Part shown: piece by piece, positions 11,630 to 25,600 of the stretch | Numbering within the stretch: position 1 is the first letter of the stretch | Layout of the letters: the number at the start of each line of letters is the position of its first letter | Source: Mobula hypostoma | Lineage: Eukaryota | Assembly: GCF_963921235.1 (NCBI RefSeq) | Contig: NC_086097.1 | Coordinates: 232,502,001-232,566,000 of the forward strand | Direction: 5' to 3' | DNA: 64,000 nt | Translations under genes and position numbers: made by a program | The notes under the pieces: model-generated | The model's input: the letters and a program-made list of their open reading frames with translations, nothing else | The model's database searches: none | What the model was told of the DNA's origin: nothing

Positions 11630-14600
11630 CAATCAAGCAATATTTCGGTGCAACCTCCTGATTTTGTAATTTTTTCATAAAATGTGTTTTTCCTGTCATT
11701 ACTTAGTTTTTGTCAACACAGTCAGGCACAATAAAAAGCTAATTATTCCTATTTATTTAGTCTTATAGAGACTTAGAGGTTTTCAATCATTGTGTCTACA
11801 CCATAGGTACACATATATGCTGTTAAATGTTAAATATTCATTTTTGTTTCTTTTTTTATAGTATCTCACCTGTACTCCTTTAAAACTCTTACATCATGCA
11901 ACTTTCATCATTAGCATTAAATATACAAAATCACAATTTTGGACATGAAAACACGTTTTTGATTTTAAAGAGACAATTACTTTAATAAATCAACTGTTTT
12001 GGAGGAACAGATATTTAAAACAAAGCAAGTTCCATCTGACGGTGGTGACTGAGACCTGACAGTGGTGGCAGTGGTCTAATTACAACAAACAATTCCAACC
12101 ATTTCACCACTCAAGTCAATGCTTCCTTGCTTAACAATTTAACAATTTGGCACAACAAATAACAATTTGTCATGTACATAGGATCCTTCTGTAAATATTA
12201 ATAACAATGGTAAACAGCAAAATAAAAACTACAGTACAACTGCAATGTTTAAGCATAAACATCAGAAAACACACCAGGAACTAAAAAAAATTCCATCCAT
12301 TTCTGGGCTTGAAAATCTTCGAAAAAGTTCAGTCAGTCTTATCAGGAAGTAGATGATTAATATGCTCCTCCTCTATGAAGTCCATGGCTTCAGCAGACAG
12401 GTGGTAGATCTCCCTTGTCCTGCTTGCACGACCCAGTGATGATGGCTCCATCAGTTTGACCAGAATATCTTCAACTGGTATGATGCACATATCCTTTCCA
12501 CCTGGTTTTGGATGGAAGCACGTGTTGGGCTCATGAGGGTGGAAAAACTCCACTTGAACATCTTGATGATGAGCATCCACAGTGACAGCCTTTGCTAACC
12601 ACCAGTTTTGGTCATAAATTACTGCAAGCCAATCTCCACAATTAATAACACCAGCAGATATATCTGTCATAGTCCCGTCAGGACCACTCTGGGGTTCCTG
12701 CTCCATTTCCTCCATCAGCATTGCCAAAGGCCCTCTGTTCTTTCTCATTGTGGTAGGGCCATCATTCTCCTCAGCCTGTACCCTGGCATCTGTATTATCA
12801 GTCAACTGAAATGTTGTCAACTGGCACACCCGTGGCTCGCTGCAGAAACATGACAATGATCTGCAACGGATGCTGTGTCCGTAAGGTATGACCTGATGGA
12901 TTTTCCTCGTTGCTGGTACAGGTTTTAGTGGTTGAGAAAGGAGTGCATCATATGTCTGCATGTCACCTTCAGCAATATGATAGAGCTGAGTACTGCAAAG
13001 GCTTCTCCCAACCATCTCATGGAAGATCTTGCCATCCACAATGTCATTCCCCCGTAGTACAAGGCTGTATGCAGTCCTTTTCACAGTTCCCCAAATGCCA
13101 TCTGGAGCTCTCTTCCCATGTGAAGTGGCAAAGAAGTTCCAGGTTGTTCTCTGAAAACCCAGTGTTGGAGGGACATTGCAGAGAAGAGAGAAGTTTGTCT
13201 TGTTTTTGTACTGCTTGCTGGGGCCATCTGGCCAAAATTGAATGGTATCAACTTTTGGAAATTTTAAACGAATATCTCTGAGGACTGGTTCCATGAGAGT
13301 CCAAATGGCAGAAGCATCCCGTCACTTGGATTCTGATATTGTATAAAATCCTGCTTTCTCTTCTTTTGTGTAGTACATGCCAGTGTGCAGATTGAGCTGT
13401 GGGAGGTTCTGACCAAAATGGTATGACTGTACCTCAGAACTGTATTTGCATTTCCATGCCTCAGAAAAGTCCACATGCACAATTACAGTGCTTTCATTGC
13501 AGTTCTGTATCATGCTCCTGTATTCCCTGGACTGGTTCTGAACCAATCACACATGTGTTGTTTCACTCTTTAGTTTGTCTTCATACAGTTTAATGAGCTC
13601 TGCTAGTGTACTTCACAAGCTTGTATTGTAGTGAATTCCATCTGCTGTTTGGTCCTGAACTCGTTCCCAATGCTGCCACTCAACACCAGTCAACTCTTGT
13701 TGTGAGGTGGGAAGTGTGTGCGCTTGTGGAGACACCGGGTGCAGGAGCGCAGAAGACATGCCTCGCTTGTCTAAGAACAACACACAAGTTCAAAACTATC
13801 CTCCAATTTGCTAGACTTGACAATGCCATATGCTCTTAGGACCTCAAACATCAGCTTTGTATTTTCATGGTCTTGGCATGTCTTTCGATCTGATGGTTTT
13901 GGTGCTATGCCACAGAAGCACCAAAGCACAGATGTAAGGCGCAGAAGGATGAATAACTGAGTTTTACAGTTGGTTCCTTTTTGATGAACTCCCTGTGGAG
14001 GTTGAATATTGTGTCAATCAGAATCATTCTCTGATGCTTTATTTTCTTCTGTGTAATCATGTCCTGTTTGTCAGTCTTATGGTAGAAATCCGGAACCATC
14101 TGGGTTATTGTTTGAATGTAAGTGGGTTTTTTGTCAGTAGTCCTTCTCTTTCGCAGTGTGTTGTATGTCAGGCCGAGCTGCTTTGTCTGGTGTATTAGGC
14201 GATATTTCTTTAGAACCCTGCCTGACAGAGTCAAGTTCTTTGATTTTTGAGCAGACTGTAAATTATTTTTGTTTTGATTAAATTCTTGAACAAGACAGTT
14301 GTGGAAGAGCAGGGTTTTCTTGATGGAGGGGTTTTGGAGTTTGCTCCCCTGTAGCATTTGCTCTGTTTTCTTCTTGGTGATTCCTGTGTGTTTTTTATTT
14401 CTAGTTTGCTCTCATTGCCAACGCTTTTTCAGTTTGTTCCTATCTTGTATTGAAATTTATTTTTGAAGGCTTTCATCTCTCTCAAGTATCTTGCTCTTGT
14501 TTTCTTTTTTTCCCTTTCCCCTGCTATAGACTGCCTACTGTGAGCTAGCTCCTGTATAGTTTGATCCAATGGACTACCTGGGGGAGTTTCTGGGCTTTCT

Positions 14601-15787
14601 GGGCCCTTTCTCTTACGCTCCCTTGACTCTTGCTGTCTATGTTTCCACGCCTTTCTCTTACTCCTCTTTTTCCTTTCATTCAAATCACTGATAGTTTTTA
14701 TTTTCCCATCCTCTACTCTCTTCTTCCATCTTTGCTTTTCCTTTCTCAAGTATTCCTCCTTTAACTCTGGCTCACTATATATTTTCTCTCTCTGCTCCTT
14801 TTGGTATTCCCTGTTTCTTCTCCTTCCCTCCTCCACTGATAGCTGCTGCCTAGCCATAACTTCCTAAAATACATAAAAGGAAGGTCAGAATTTAATGGAA
14901 TTACTATCAAATTGTGCAAAATTACCATGAATTTAATTATATTTAATTTGGTGAAATTTTATAAAATGATTATGAAATGGTGCAACTAAATTCATTTATG
15001 GTTTTAGTCATTGGGGATACATATAGTAAGGAAATATTGTAGGCCTGTGTGTGGAAGAAATAAAGGGGAAATTATGTATACTATAAATAAAGGTTAATGA
15101 AACATTACAAGCCATATTACTATTTACTGTGATCATAAATTATATTCAAGCCTCCATTGAGGATGACTTGAATGTTTTTGTCAACACCATCAAACTATGT
15201 GTCGCTACCATCAGACAGAAAACCTGAGGGTGGTGACAAAACACAAGTTTTTACATGAAATGCATGAGTTGTATACAGGAGTCATCTTGTTTTCCCTCTG
15301 TTGCTAGCTGCCTCTGGCCTCTACTTAAAAAGCATAAATTTATGTCATTATATAAAATAATTCTTTCTATACAAAAGAGACAGTGTTGACACATCATGGT
15401 TGTGACAGTCACAACATCAATAAATACGTAAAACTTATTGAAAAAATAGCAAACTTACAGGAGCTTGTTGGACCTTGTTACATTTAGCAGATGTGGAGGA
15501 TAGAAAGGGGGTCCTCAGGAATATAGTTGACCACGTGGTTGCCTGATTTTATTGCTTTTTTACAAAAACTTGGGACACATTTTGAGCAACCACAAAATAA
15601 GAGTACATATTGTTGAAAATTCACTGCTTTTAGTTTTAAAGAGTTTTTTCACTCCACTCTTTCATCTAGCATATACATTATACATTTTAAATTATTTTTT
15701 TCACACTTTTTTATCAAAAAGAAAATGTTATTCATTTTCAACGGAATTAGCACTTTTCTTAGTGGGACATGTTTTCGCCGAAGTCTC
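11630..15787 (-). mobile_element. Sola2-like DNA transposon with a frameshifted transposase (14857-12329)
   Basis: Motifs VHVDFSE, EVQSYHF, FWPDGPSKQYKN, WNFFATSHGKRAPDGIWGTVKR; Cys-rich segment; basic N-terminus; candidate 5' terminus GAG at 15787. The left boundary is approximate and no matching TIR was found. Confidence 0.78.
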
Positions 15788-15815
15788 AAGAATCAGTGGC
15801 CTAATTCTGCTCCTA

Positions 15816-16324
15816 TGTTTTATAGTAAAGGATGTATTTTATGATATTGTGGCGTTCACCGAGCTCGGCAATGGGCCTGTAGACATTTCATCACCAGTCG
15901 AGCTGACATCCTCAGTGCACAGTTGATGGTGTTTCTCTCTGGGAGTGCTTACGTTTTTATAGACCCCAGTTCGCTTGCCTCAGTCCTGACTGGCTACCCC
16001 TTCAGTTGACCTTTGAACCCTACTAGCTCGCATTTCTTTGACTCTTAGATGGCGTCTGTTTTGATATGTTTGCTTATGGAGTTAGCAGAAGAGAAACACG
16101 CTTCTAAGAATTCTCATGCCTGCTTCATGTCTGCCTGCGCCAGAACCTCTGTGGTGTCCCAGTTAAAGTGGTGCCCTTCTCGGTCTTCATGTACCGCGAT
16201 TAGCAGCAGTGAATCGTGTCTCCATAACCGCCAGTGTGTGGTCCCAGAAACGAGTTAGAGTTTACATCCTGCCTGGTGTTTTATCTTGGCATGTTGGAGT
16301 TCCTTCCATAGAGGTACCATTACA
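15816..16324 (-). mobile_element. Possible solo LTR
   Basis: Minus strand begins TGTAATGG, has an internal TATAAAAA and ends ...AAAACA; no TSD seen. Confidence 0.35.
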
Positions 16325-18392
16325 AGATCAGATCAAAATGTAAGGCACTCTGCTTGTATGTCTTATGGTTTTACATATGCATTACAATAATATATTTACT
16401 TTGTACTTTGAACTTACCTCCCTGCTATTAGAGGTTTCATACATGGAGCAGTTGCCTTGGAAACATCTCGACTTGGTCTCCATCATAACTTACTGCATCT
16501 GTAGCAAAAGTATTTAGCATATTAATCGAGCAACAGCTCAGATCCTAGAGAACATCCCACAACCAATAGACGGCCCCTCCCTGCAGGGTATACATACCTC
16601 AAACTTCCAGTAATTGCCCCACCCCGTCACCATACCCCATTCCCATTTCCCTTTCTCACCTTATCTCCTTACCTGCCCAACACCTCCCTCTGGTGCTCCT
16701 CCCCCTTCCCTTTCTGCCATGGTCTTCTGTCTTCTCCTATCAGATTCCTCCTTCCCCAGTCCTTTAACTCTTTCACCAATCAACGGCCCAGCTCTTTACT
16801 TCACCCCTCCCCCTCTCCTGGTTTCACCTATCACCTACCACCTCGTACTCCTTCCTCCCCTCCCTCCACCTTCTCGCTCTGACTCATCATCTTCTTTTCC
16901 AGTCCTGATGAAGCGTCTTGGCCCAAAACGTAGACTGTTTACTGTTTTCCATAAGTGCTGTGTAACCTGCTGAGTTCTTCCAGCATTTTGTGCATGTTGC
17001 TTTGGATCTGCAGCATCTGCAGATGTTCTTGTGTTTGTGATCCTCGTCCTTGTGCCTGATTTGTGCCATCTCTGGCAAAGGATGTTGTTGTGGGGCCTTC
17101 CCATACAGTAAGCATTTGAGCCTTTTTTTCAAGAGATACCGCACTGTAACAGGCCCTTCTAGCCTACGTCACTCAATTACACCCACGTGACCAATAATCT
17201 TATTAACCCGTATGTCTTTTGGACTGTGGCAGGAATCCTGGAATGCTGGGAAGAAGCCCACTCTGTCATGGGAAGAACATTCAAACTCCTTACCCATAGC
17301 AGGGGAAATAAATCCAGGCCACTGGCACTGAAATAGCATTACACTAATTGTTACACGGCCTTGGCAAGCTTCTTTCCGTACTCTGCGTGCCTGCCCAGTC
17401 TTGCCATAATTGAAACAATTCCCTTAACTATGGTTCAAAGTTCCATCCATCAGTTCTCTGCCCTTCTTCATTTTCTGCATCTCCCTCTCTCTAATTCCCC
17501 ACTCTCCCCACTATCACTATCTCACGTCAGCACCATACTTGCTGTTCCAAACTTGTATCCAAACCCCATTCTTTGGTGATGTTGACTCTGTGAGAGAAGT
17601 TTCAAGTTGTGGTATCTCCTTCCACTAGAACACTTTGAGGTAGAAGGGAGGATAATCGTTTTGCCAGTCGGAGAGAAGATCACAAGCACAACACACCACC
17701 AATCCACAGAGTATACTAGTGAGTAGTTTGCTGGAAGGAAGAACAGACTAACAATGCATGGTGCAAGAGAATGGTTTGAGCATATTATATCAACCATATT
17801 TTGAGAAGTGTGTGAACACTGAGGCTCAGAGGAGGTAGATTTTGGATTCTTCTTCTGAAGTGGGCTGCCAATGGCCATGCGACTGAAGATGGACAAAATA
17901 CCACTAAAGTATTCATCAGGGGTTGTGTTTTAGAGGTGAAGGAGTGATGGTATTGTAGTTTGTGAGGAGAGAAATACCAGAGTACATGCTCTCATCATAT
18001 GTGGGAGAGAATTGATGGTTGGAGTGAGCCTGCATTACACTATACTGGCCAGAAGTGAACGTCTTCACATGAGAGTGTGGGATACGTGACAGCTCCCCAT
18101 TCATCACCTTGCAGTAGGGCTTAAGTAGCCTCACAATCCTACAGTTGGGCAGTGCCACACTCACTCAGCGTTATGGCAGACTAAAGGAAGAGTGTTGAGG
18201 TTAATTACTTGAGCCTGTTTTATCAATTAGCTCACAGGTAAATTGCTCATTTGGAACATAGAACATCAAACAACACAGCATAGTACAGACCCTTTGGCCA
18301 AAGATGTTGCATGGACTTTTTAACCTATTACAAGATCAAACTAATCCTTCCCTCCATTTTTCTTTCATCCATTTAAGAGTCTTTTATATAGG

Positions 18393-21145
18393 AACATAGA
18401 AAACCTACAGCACAATACAGGCCCTTTGGCCCACAAAGTTGTGCCGAACGTGTCCCGACATTAGAAATTACTAGCCCTCTATTTTTCTAAGCTCCATGTA
18501 CCTATCCAAAAGTGTCTTAAAAGACCCTATCATATCCACCTCCACCACCATTATCGGCAGCCCATTCCACGCACTCACCACTCTCTGCATAAAAAAACTT
18601 ACCCCTGACATCTCCTGTGAACCTACTCCCAAGCACCCTAAACCTGTGCCCTCTCATGGCAGCCATTTCAGCCCTGGGAAAAAGCCTCTGACTATCCACA
18701 CGATCAATGCCTCTCATCATCTTATACACCTCTATCAGGTCACCTCTCATCCTCATTCGCTCCAAGGAGAAAAGGCCGAGTTCACTCAACCTGTTTTCAT
18801 AAGGCATGCTCCCCAATCCAGGCAACATCCTTGTAAATCTCCTCTGCACCCTTTCTATGGTTTCCACATCCTTCCTGTGGTGAGGTGACCAGAACTGAGC
18901 ACAGTACTCCAAGTGGGGTCTGACCAGGGTCCTATATAACTGCAACATTACCTCTCAGCTCCTAAACTCAGTCCCACAGTTGATGAAGGCCAATACATTG
19001 TATGCCTTCTTAACCACAGAGTCAGCCTGCGCAGCTGCTTTGAGCATCCTATGGACTCAGACCCCAAGATCCCTCTGATCCTCCACACTACCAAGAGTCT
19101 TACCATTAATACTATTTTCCACCATCATATTTGAACTACCAAAATGAACCACTTCACACTTATCTGGGTTGAACTCCATCTGCCACTTCTCAGCCCAGTT
19201 TTGCATCCTATCGATGTCCCTCTGACAGCCCTCCACACTATCCACAACACCTCTAACCTTTGTGTCATCAGCAAACTTACTAACCCATCCCTCCACTTCC
19301 TCATCCAGGTCATTTATAAAAATCATGAAGAGTAAGGGTCCCAGAACAGATCCCTGAGGCACACCACTGGTCACCGACCTCCATGCAGAATATGACCCGA
19401 CTACAACCACACTTTGCCTTCTGTGGGCAAGCCAGTTCTGGATCCACAAAGCAACGTCCCCTTGGATCCCATGCCTCTTTACTTTCTCAATAAGCCTTGC
19501 ATGGGGTACCTTGTCAAATGCCTTGCTGATATCCATATACACTACATCTACTGCTCTTCCTTCATCAATGTGTTTTGTCACATCCTCAAAAAATTCAATC
19601 AGGTTCATAAGGCACGACCAGCCCTTGACAAAGCCATGCTGGCTATTCCTAATCATATTATACCTCTCCAAATGTTCATAAATCCTGCCTCTCAGGATCT
19701 TCCCCATCAACTTACCAACCACTGAAGTAAGACTCCCTGCTCTATAATTTCCTGAGCTATCCCTACTCTCTTTCTTAAATAACGGAACAACATCCGCAAC
19801 CCTCCAATCCTCCGGAACCTCTCCCGTCCCCTTTGGTGATACAAAGATCTTTGCCAGAGTCTCAGCAATCTCCTCCCTTGCCTCCCACAGTAGCCCGGGG
19901 TACCTCTCATCCGGTCCTGGTGACTTATCCGACTTGATGCTTTCCAAAAGCTCCAGCACATCCTCTTCCTTAATATCTACATGCTCAAGCCTTTCAGTCC
20001 ACTGCAAGTCATCACTATAGTCACCAAAATCCTTTTCCCACAGTGAATACTGAAGTAAAGTATTCATTAGGTACCTCTTCTATTTCCTCTGGTTCCATGC
20101 ACACTTTTCCACTGTCACACTTGATTGGTCCTATTCTTTCACATCTTATCCTCTTGCTCTTCACATACTTGTGGAATGTCTTGGGGTTTTCGTCAATCCT
20201 GCCCGCCAAGGCATTCTCATGGTCCCTTCTGGCGCTCCTAATTTCCTTCTTAAGCTCCTTCCTGTTAGCCTTATAATCTTCTAGATCTCTAACATTATCT
20301 AGCTCCCTGAACCTTTCGTAAGCTTTTCTTTTCTTCTTGTCTAGATTTACTACAGCCTTTGTACACCACGGTTCCTGTACCCTACCATAACATCCCTTTA
20401 ACATTGAAACATACCTATGCAGAACTCCACACAAATATCCCCTGAACATTTGCCACATTTCTCTGTACCTTTCCCTGAGAACATCTGTTCCCAATTTAAG
20501 CTTCCAATTTCCTGCCTGATAGCCTCATAATTCCCCTTCCTCCAATTAAATGCTTTTCTAACTTGTCTGTTCCTATCTCTCTCCAAAGCTATTGTAACGG
20601 AGATAGAATTATGATCACTATCTCCAAAATGCTCTCCCACTGAGAGATCAGACACCTGACCAGGTTCATTTCCCAATACCAAATCAAGTACAGTCTCTTC
20701 TCTTGTAGGCTTATCTACATATTGTGTCAAGAAACCTTCCTGAATACACCTAACAAACTCCACCCCATCTAAACGCCTCGCTCTAAGGAGATGCCAATCA
20801 ATATGTGGGAAATTAAAATCTCCTACCGCGACAACTCTGCTATTATTACACCTTTCTAGGATCTGTTTCTCTATCTACTCCTCAATATCCCTGCTACTAT
20901 TGGGCGGCCTATAAAAAACATCCAGCAGAGTTATTGATCCCTTCCTGTTCCTAACCTCCACCCACAGAGGCTCCGTAGACAATCCCTCCATAACATCCAC
21001 TTTTTCTGCAGCCCTGACACTATCTCTGATCAACAGTGCCGTGCCCCCACCTCTTTTGCCTCTCTCCCTGTCCTTTCTGAAACATCTAAAACCCGGCACC
21101 TGAAGTAACCATTCCTGCCCCTGCACCATCCAAGTCTCTGTAATG
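18393..21145 (-). mobile_element. CR1 LINE, 5'-truncated, most of ORF2, degraded
   Basis: ITETW, SDHN, FADD, RPHLEYC motifs across several frames. Confidence 0.93.
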
Positions 21146-21284
21146 AATGTGTCTGCTTCTACCACCAGCCCTACAGCACATTCCATGCACTTGCCAGTCT
21201 CTGTGTACCTCTGATACCCCTAATACTTTCCTCCAGTTTCTCTTATATTAGACACTGCCAACTGGGGAAAAAGTCTCTGGCTAT

Positions 21285-21755
21285 CCAGAGAGTGAATGGC
21301 TCGTCATATGAAGAGCATTTGATGGCTCTGGGTCTGTACTCACTGGAATTCAGAAAAATGAGGGGTGACCTCATTGAAACGTATCCAATGGTGTAAAGTC
21401 TTGATAGAGTAGATGTGGAGAGGATATTTTCTTTGACGGGAGAGTCTAAGACCAGATGACAAAACCTCAGAATAGAGGGGTATCCTTCTGCAAAGGACAT
21501 GAGGAGAAATGTCTTTGGCTAGAGAGAGATGCATCTGTAGAATTCTTTGCTACAGGCAGCTGTGGAGGCGAAGTCTTTATGTATTTATAAGGCAGAAGTT
21601 GATAGATTCTTTATTGGTCAAGGCATGAAGGGATGCGGGGAGAAAGCAGTGACTGAGTTTGAGAGGAAAATTGGATCAGCTGTGATGAAATGGTAGATCA
21701 GACTCAATGGGCCAAATGGCCTAATTCTACTCCTATATCTTATGGTCTTACGGTC
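21285..21755 (+). mobile_element. CR1 3' fragment
   Basis: Same 3' end and (TTATGGTC)n tail as the other copies. Confidence 0.85.
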
Positions 21756-22439
21756 TTATCCACTCTATCTATGCCTTTGAGGATCTTGAGTTTTATCTAC
21801 TTAAACTTTAGGATGGCATTTGCGAACCTCAGCGCCTTCTGATTGCTGACTAACAAAACAAGGATAGCAACTAAATACGGTGTTAATCACACTTTTCCTG
21901 GCAAATGATCATTGCAACTAGTAGTCTCTAGCTTGCCTTTCGATTTGGAGACAATCCGATGTGGCAAAACCAGGGTGAGGTGAGGTGGCGGGCCCGTAAT
22001 CGAGAGCGTGAAAGGTTGGGCACATGTGGAATCGAAGCCGCAGGGTCCAGGTCCCAGAGCGTATTGATGTGATGGAGATTTACAGGCTTCATGTTGCTGC
22101 TCCAAGATGTCTCCTCGGTTCTGTGCTGAATTCTGGGACTCTCTTTACAGAATTCAGTTCAGAAACACTGTTTGCTTGTGGTTACTATTTGCATGTTTTT
22201 TTTTCATTGGACATTGGGCGTATCACAGTCTCCGTTTTATGGATTATTTTATTTTATATTTTATGAGCTTGATGTGGTTTTTATTCTCTGCCTATTTGGT
22301 GTTGGATTGTCTCTTTTATATTACATAAATGGGGTTTGTGTTTGGGTTCTTTGTTTCATGGCTGCCTGTTAGGAAACAAGTCTCAAGATTGTATAATTGA
22401 TATATACTGTGATAATAAATGTACTTTGAACTTTGAACT

Positions 22440-22890
22440 TGTACATCTCTATCAAGTTACCCACTGTATCATCCTTCTTTGCTCTAAAGTGAAAAGTCCT
22501 AGCTTCCTTAGACTTTCCTCCTAAGACATAGTCTTGAATCCAGGCAACATCCTGGTAATCTTCTCTGCACTCCATCTAGAGCTTCCACATCCTTCCAATA
22601 ATGAGGCGACCGGAACTGAATACACTTCTCCAAGTGTGTTCTAACCGAAGCTGCAACATTACCTCGCAGCCCTCATATTCAGTCCCCAGACTAGTGAAGG
22701 CCAACGCAGCAAACACCTTCTTAAGCACTCTATCAACTTGTGCTGTATCCTCGAGGGATCTGTGGACGTGGATCCCAAGACTCCTTTGTTCCTCCACACA
22801 GCTAAGAATCCTGCCATTAACCCTCAATTCTGCCTTCAAGTTTGATCTTCCAAAGTGAATCACTTCACACTTTTCTGGATTGAAGTCTAT
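22440..22890 (-). mobile_element. CR1 ORF2 fragment
   Basis: FNPEKCEVIHFGRSN...LGIHVHRSL. Confidence 0.85.
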
Positions 22891-24262
22891 GTGTGTGAAA
22901 GACATTTACCTCCCTTTCTCTTGAGATTCTCAGAGACCAATGTGTCTGGCCTGACCCAGCACCCACAGCCTTTGTGAGCAGTAGATTCTAGATCTCCTTA
23001 ACTGTTCATTTGAAAACTGTTTTCTTACTTCAGTCCAGATCTAATTCTGAGATGGCATCCTTTTCTTTGGACTTTCCTCCTAGATCATTACAGTAATCTG
23101 CACATCACAATAAATTATCCAAAGAATTCTTCAGAAAAGAGGCATAATTTTTCAGAGGGAAATATATTTTGACTCCACACTGATCTCATAGAGACTGATT
23201 AGAATTGACACATTAACTTTAATTGTGTACTATTTTGTCAAGTGTACAACTGGAGTGAGACTGAATCATATCAAAGATATAAGATTTCAGATCAGTTAAT
23301 AAAAATAATTGAAACTGAACATTGCACATTTATCAACGCACATCAAAGTTGCTGGTGAACGCAGCAGGCCAGGCAGCATCTCTGAGTGAAGAGATTATCC
23401 TGAAATATTTCACCTAATATTACTTTATGATAATATTTATTCTGTTGTGATATTTGTTGAAGGATAAATGTACAATCGCAAACACGAGGAATTCTGTAGA
23501 TGCTGGAAATTCAAGCAACGCACATCAAAGTTGCTGGTGAACGCAGCAGGCCAGGCAGCATCTCTAGGAAGAGGTACAGTCAACGTTTCAGGCCGAGACC
23601 CTTTGTCAGGACTAACTGAAAGAAGAGCTGGTAAGAGATTTGAAAGTGGGAGGGGGAGGGGGATTCAAACATTTAAGAGAAGTTTGGGTATGTACATGGA
23701 TGAGAGGTATGCGGAGGAATATGCTCCCCGTGCAGGTAGATGGCACTAGGCAGAAGATCAGGTTGCAAGGGACTAGATGGGCTGAAGGGCCTGCTTCCAT
23801 GCTGTAGTACTCCACAACTCTATGACTCCAAATAAAACTAAATTTATGTTGTACATTTCATTTTAGAAGGGTATTCATGCAGGTAGAGGATGGTCGTATG
23901 AGTAGCTGGTGCACATCATAAGACCTGGTTATGAGACCCCTGATGCCAGGCAGACAATCTCGGAAGAGTATTGATAACGGCTGGGGTCAACCATTTTCTA
24001 AAAAACACTGCACGGAAGATGGCAATGGCAAACTGCTTCTGTAGAGAAATTTCCCAAGAACAATCAATGTCACGGAAAGACCATAATCGCCCATCTCATA
24101 CGATACCACACATAATGATGATGATTAATTCAAGCATAAAAGGATTTTGTTGTGAGGTTTCTTGCTGGATGATAAACCAGGACCATTGTACGAAACCTCC
24201 AGACTAAAGACTCTGAAATATCAGGATCAATTACATAAGCTGCTGTTAAATAATACTGGTAT

Positions 24263-24572
24263 GGCATCCGTTAGTCTTGCAAGACCATGGATCTGCGCCT
24301 GGAAAGACTTCACTCTCCAGGGCACAGGCCTGAGCAAGGTTGTATGGAAGACCAGCAGTTGCCCATGCTACAAGTCTCCCCTCTCCACAACACCAATGTA
24401 GTCCAAGGGAAGGGCATTAGGACCCATACAGCTTGGCACCAGTGTCGTCGCAGAGCAATGTGTGATTAAGTGTCTTGTTCAAGGACATAACACGTTGCCT
24501 CGGCTGGGGCTCGAACTCACGACCTTCAGGTCGCTAGTCCAATGCCTTGGCCGCTTGGCCACGCGCCCACAC
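24263..24572 (-). mobile_element. tRNA-derived SINE with an 11-bp TSD
   Basis: Minus strand: A box TGGCCAAGCGG and B box GTTCGAGCC; TSD AATACTGGTAT at 24252-24262 and 24573-24583. Confidence 0.85.
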
Positions 24573-25073
24573 AATACTGGTATATTACTTTGATAGATAC
24601 AATATTTTACCTGAACTCATGCTCAAAGCACTTATGAGTTCCTCAAAATGAAGAACACTGTTCACAGTTCTTGATCACATGTCTTGGAGATCCTTGGTTA
24701 AGTCTTTTGTACTGGGGAGTCTAATTCAGCTGGTTTCCACATTACTTGTTCAGTCTACATTAAGTGTACGCCATTGATACACTCACAAATGACAGCACTA
24801 TTGTTGGCAGAATCTGAGATGGTGACGAGGATGCGTACAAGAGGGTAATAGATCAGCTGGTCGAGTGGTGTCACTACAACAATCTTTGCACCCAATATCA
24901 ACAAGAACAAGGAATTGATTGTGGAATTCAGGAAGGGGAGATCAGAACGCATACTAGTCCTCATCGAGATGTCAGCAGTGGAAAGATTTCTGAACGGTCC
25001 ATGGACCTAGAATACCTCTTCACTATTCCTCTTTTACAACTGTTTATTTATTAATTAGTTTTATTGTAATTTA

Positions 25074-25600
25074 CAGAACTGCGCAAAAGTTTTAGGCACT
25101 CTATCTATGCGTGCCTAAGATTTTTGCACAGTGCTGTATTTATCAACGAGAAGTGGAGAGCGAGCTTATAAATCTGGCAGAGGCAAAAGCCATTGGGAAT
25201 GGTGAGGGTGAAGCAGTACGGGGGGGTTTCAGACAGGTGGCAGAGAAGGAATGCCCGGGGTCGGTGTTGGCGCAGGTGCAGACACAACAGGCAAGGTCAT
25301 TTGATGTCAAACAATTGGTTTACTGATCATTACAGAATGTCTCTCCGGTGCTTCCCACATCCTCCCCTCTCCCCCTTCCTCTTCCCAACCATGAGTCCCC
25401 TCTCCCTGCCCCCTTCCCACTCTCAGTCCCCAAGAGAAACCCATATCAGAATGAGGTTTATCATCACTCACATATGTCATGAAACTTATATTTATTTTGT
25501 GGCAGTAGTACAGTGCAATACATAAAATGACTACAGTACCTTGCAAAAGTCTTAGGCAACCTAGCTGTACGTATATGCCCAAGACCTTTGCACAGAACTG
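25074..25600. mobile_element. Composite Tc1-like non-autonomous element bounded by two micro-hairpins, TA TSD; inserted in a Rex1 tail
   Basis: TA|CAGAACTGCGCAAAAGTTTTAGGCAC ... CTTTGCACAGAACTG|TA; related copies at about 10131-10490, 27019-27503 and 41491-41927. Confidence 0.7.

Noticed and set aside
11619..11780. Left TIR of the Sola-like element
   Set aside because: No match to GAGACTTCGGCGAAAACATG beyond 7 nt (11768); that end appears truncated.
17522..18164. Minus-strand ORFs of 124 and 82 aa
   Set aside because: No motifs or convincing splice sites; probably very old repeat-derived or random sequence.
24480..24572. tRNA gene
   Set aside because: The tRNA-like head continues into a SINE body and is bounded by an 11-bp TSD.
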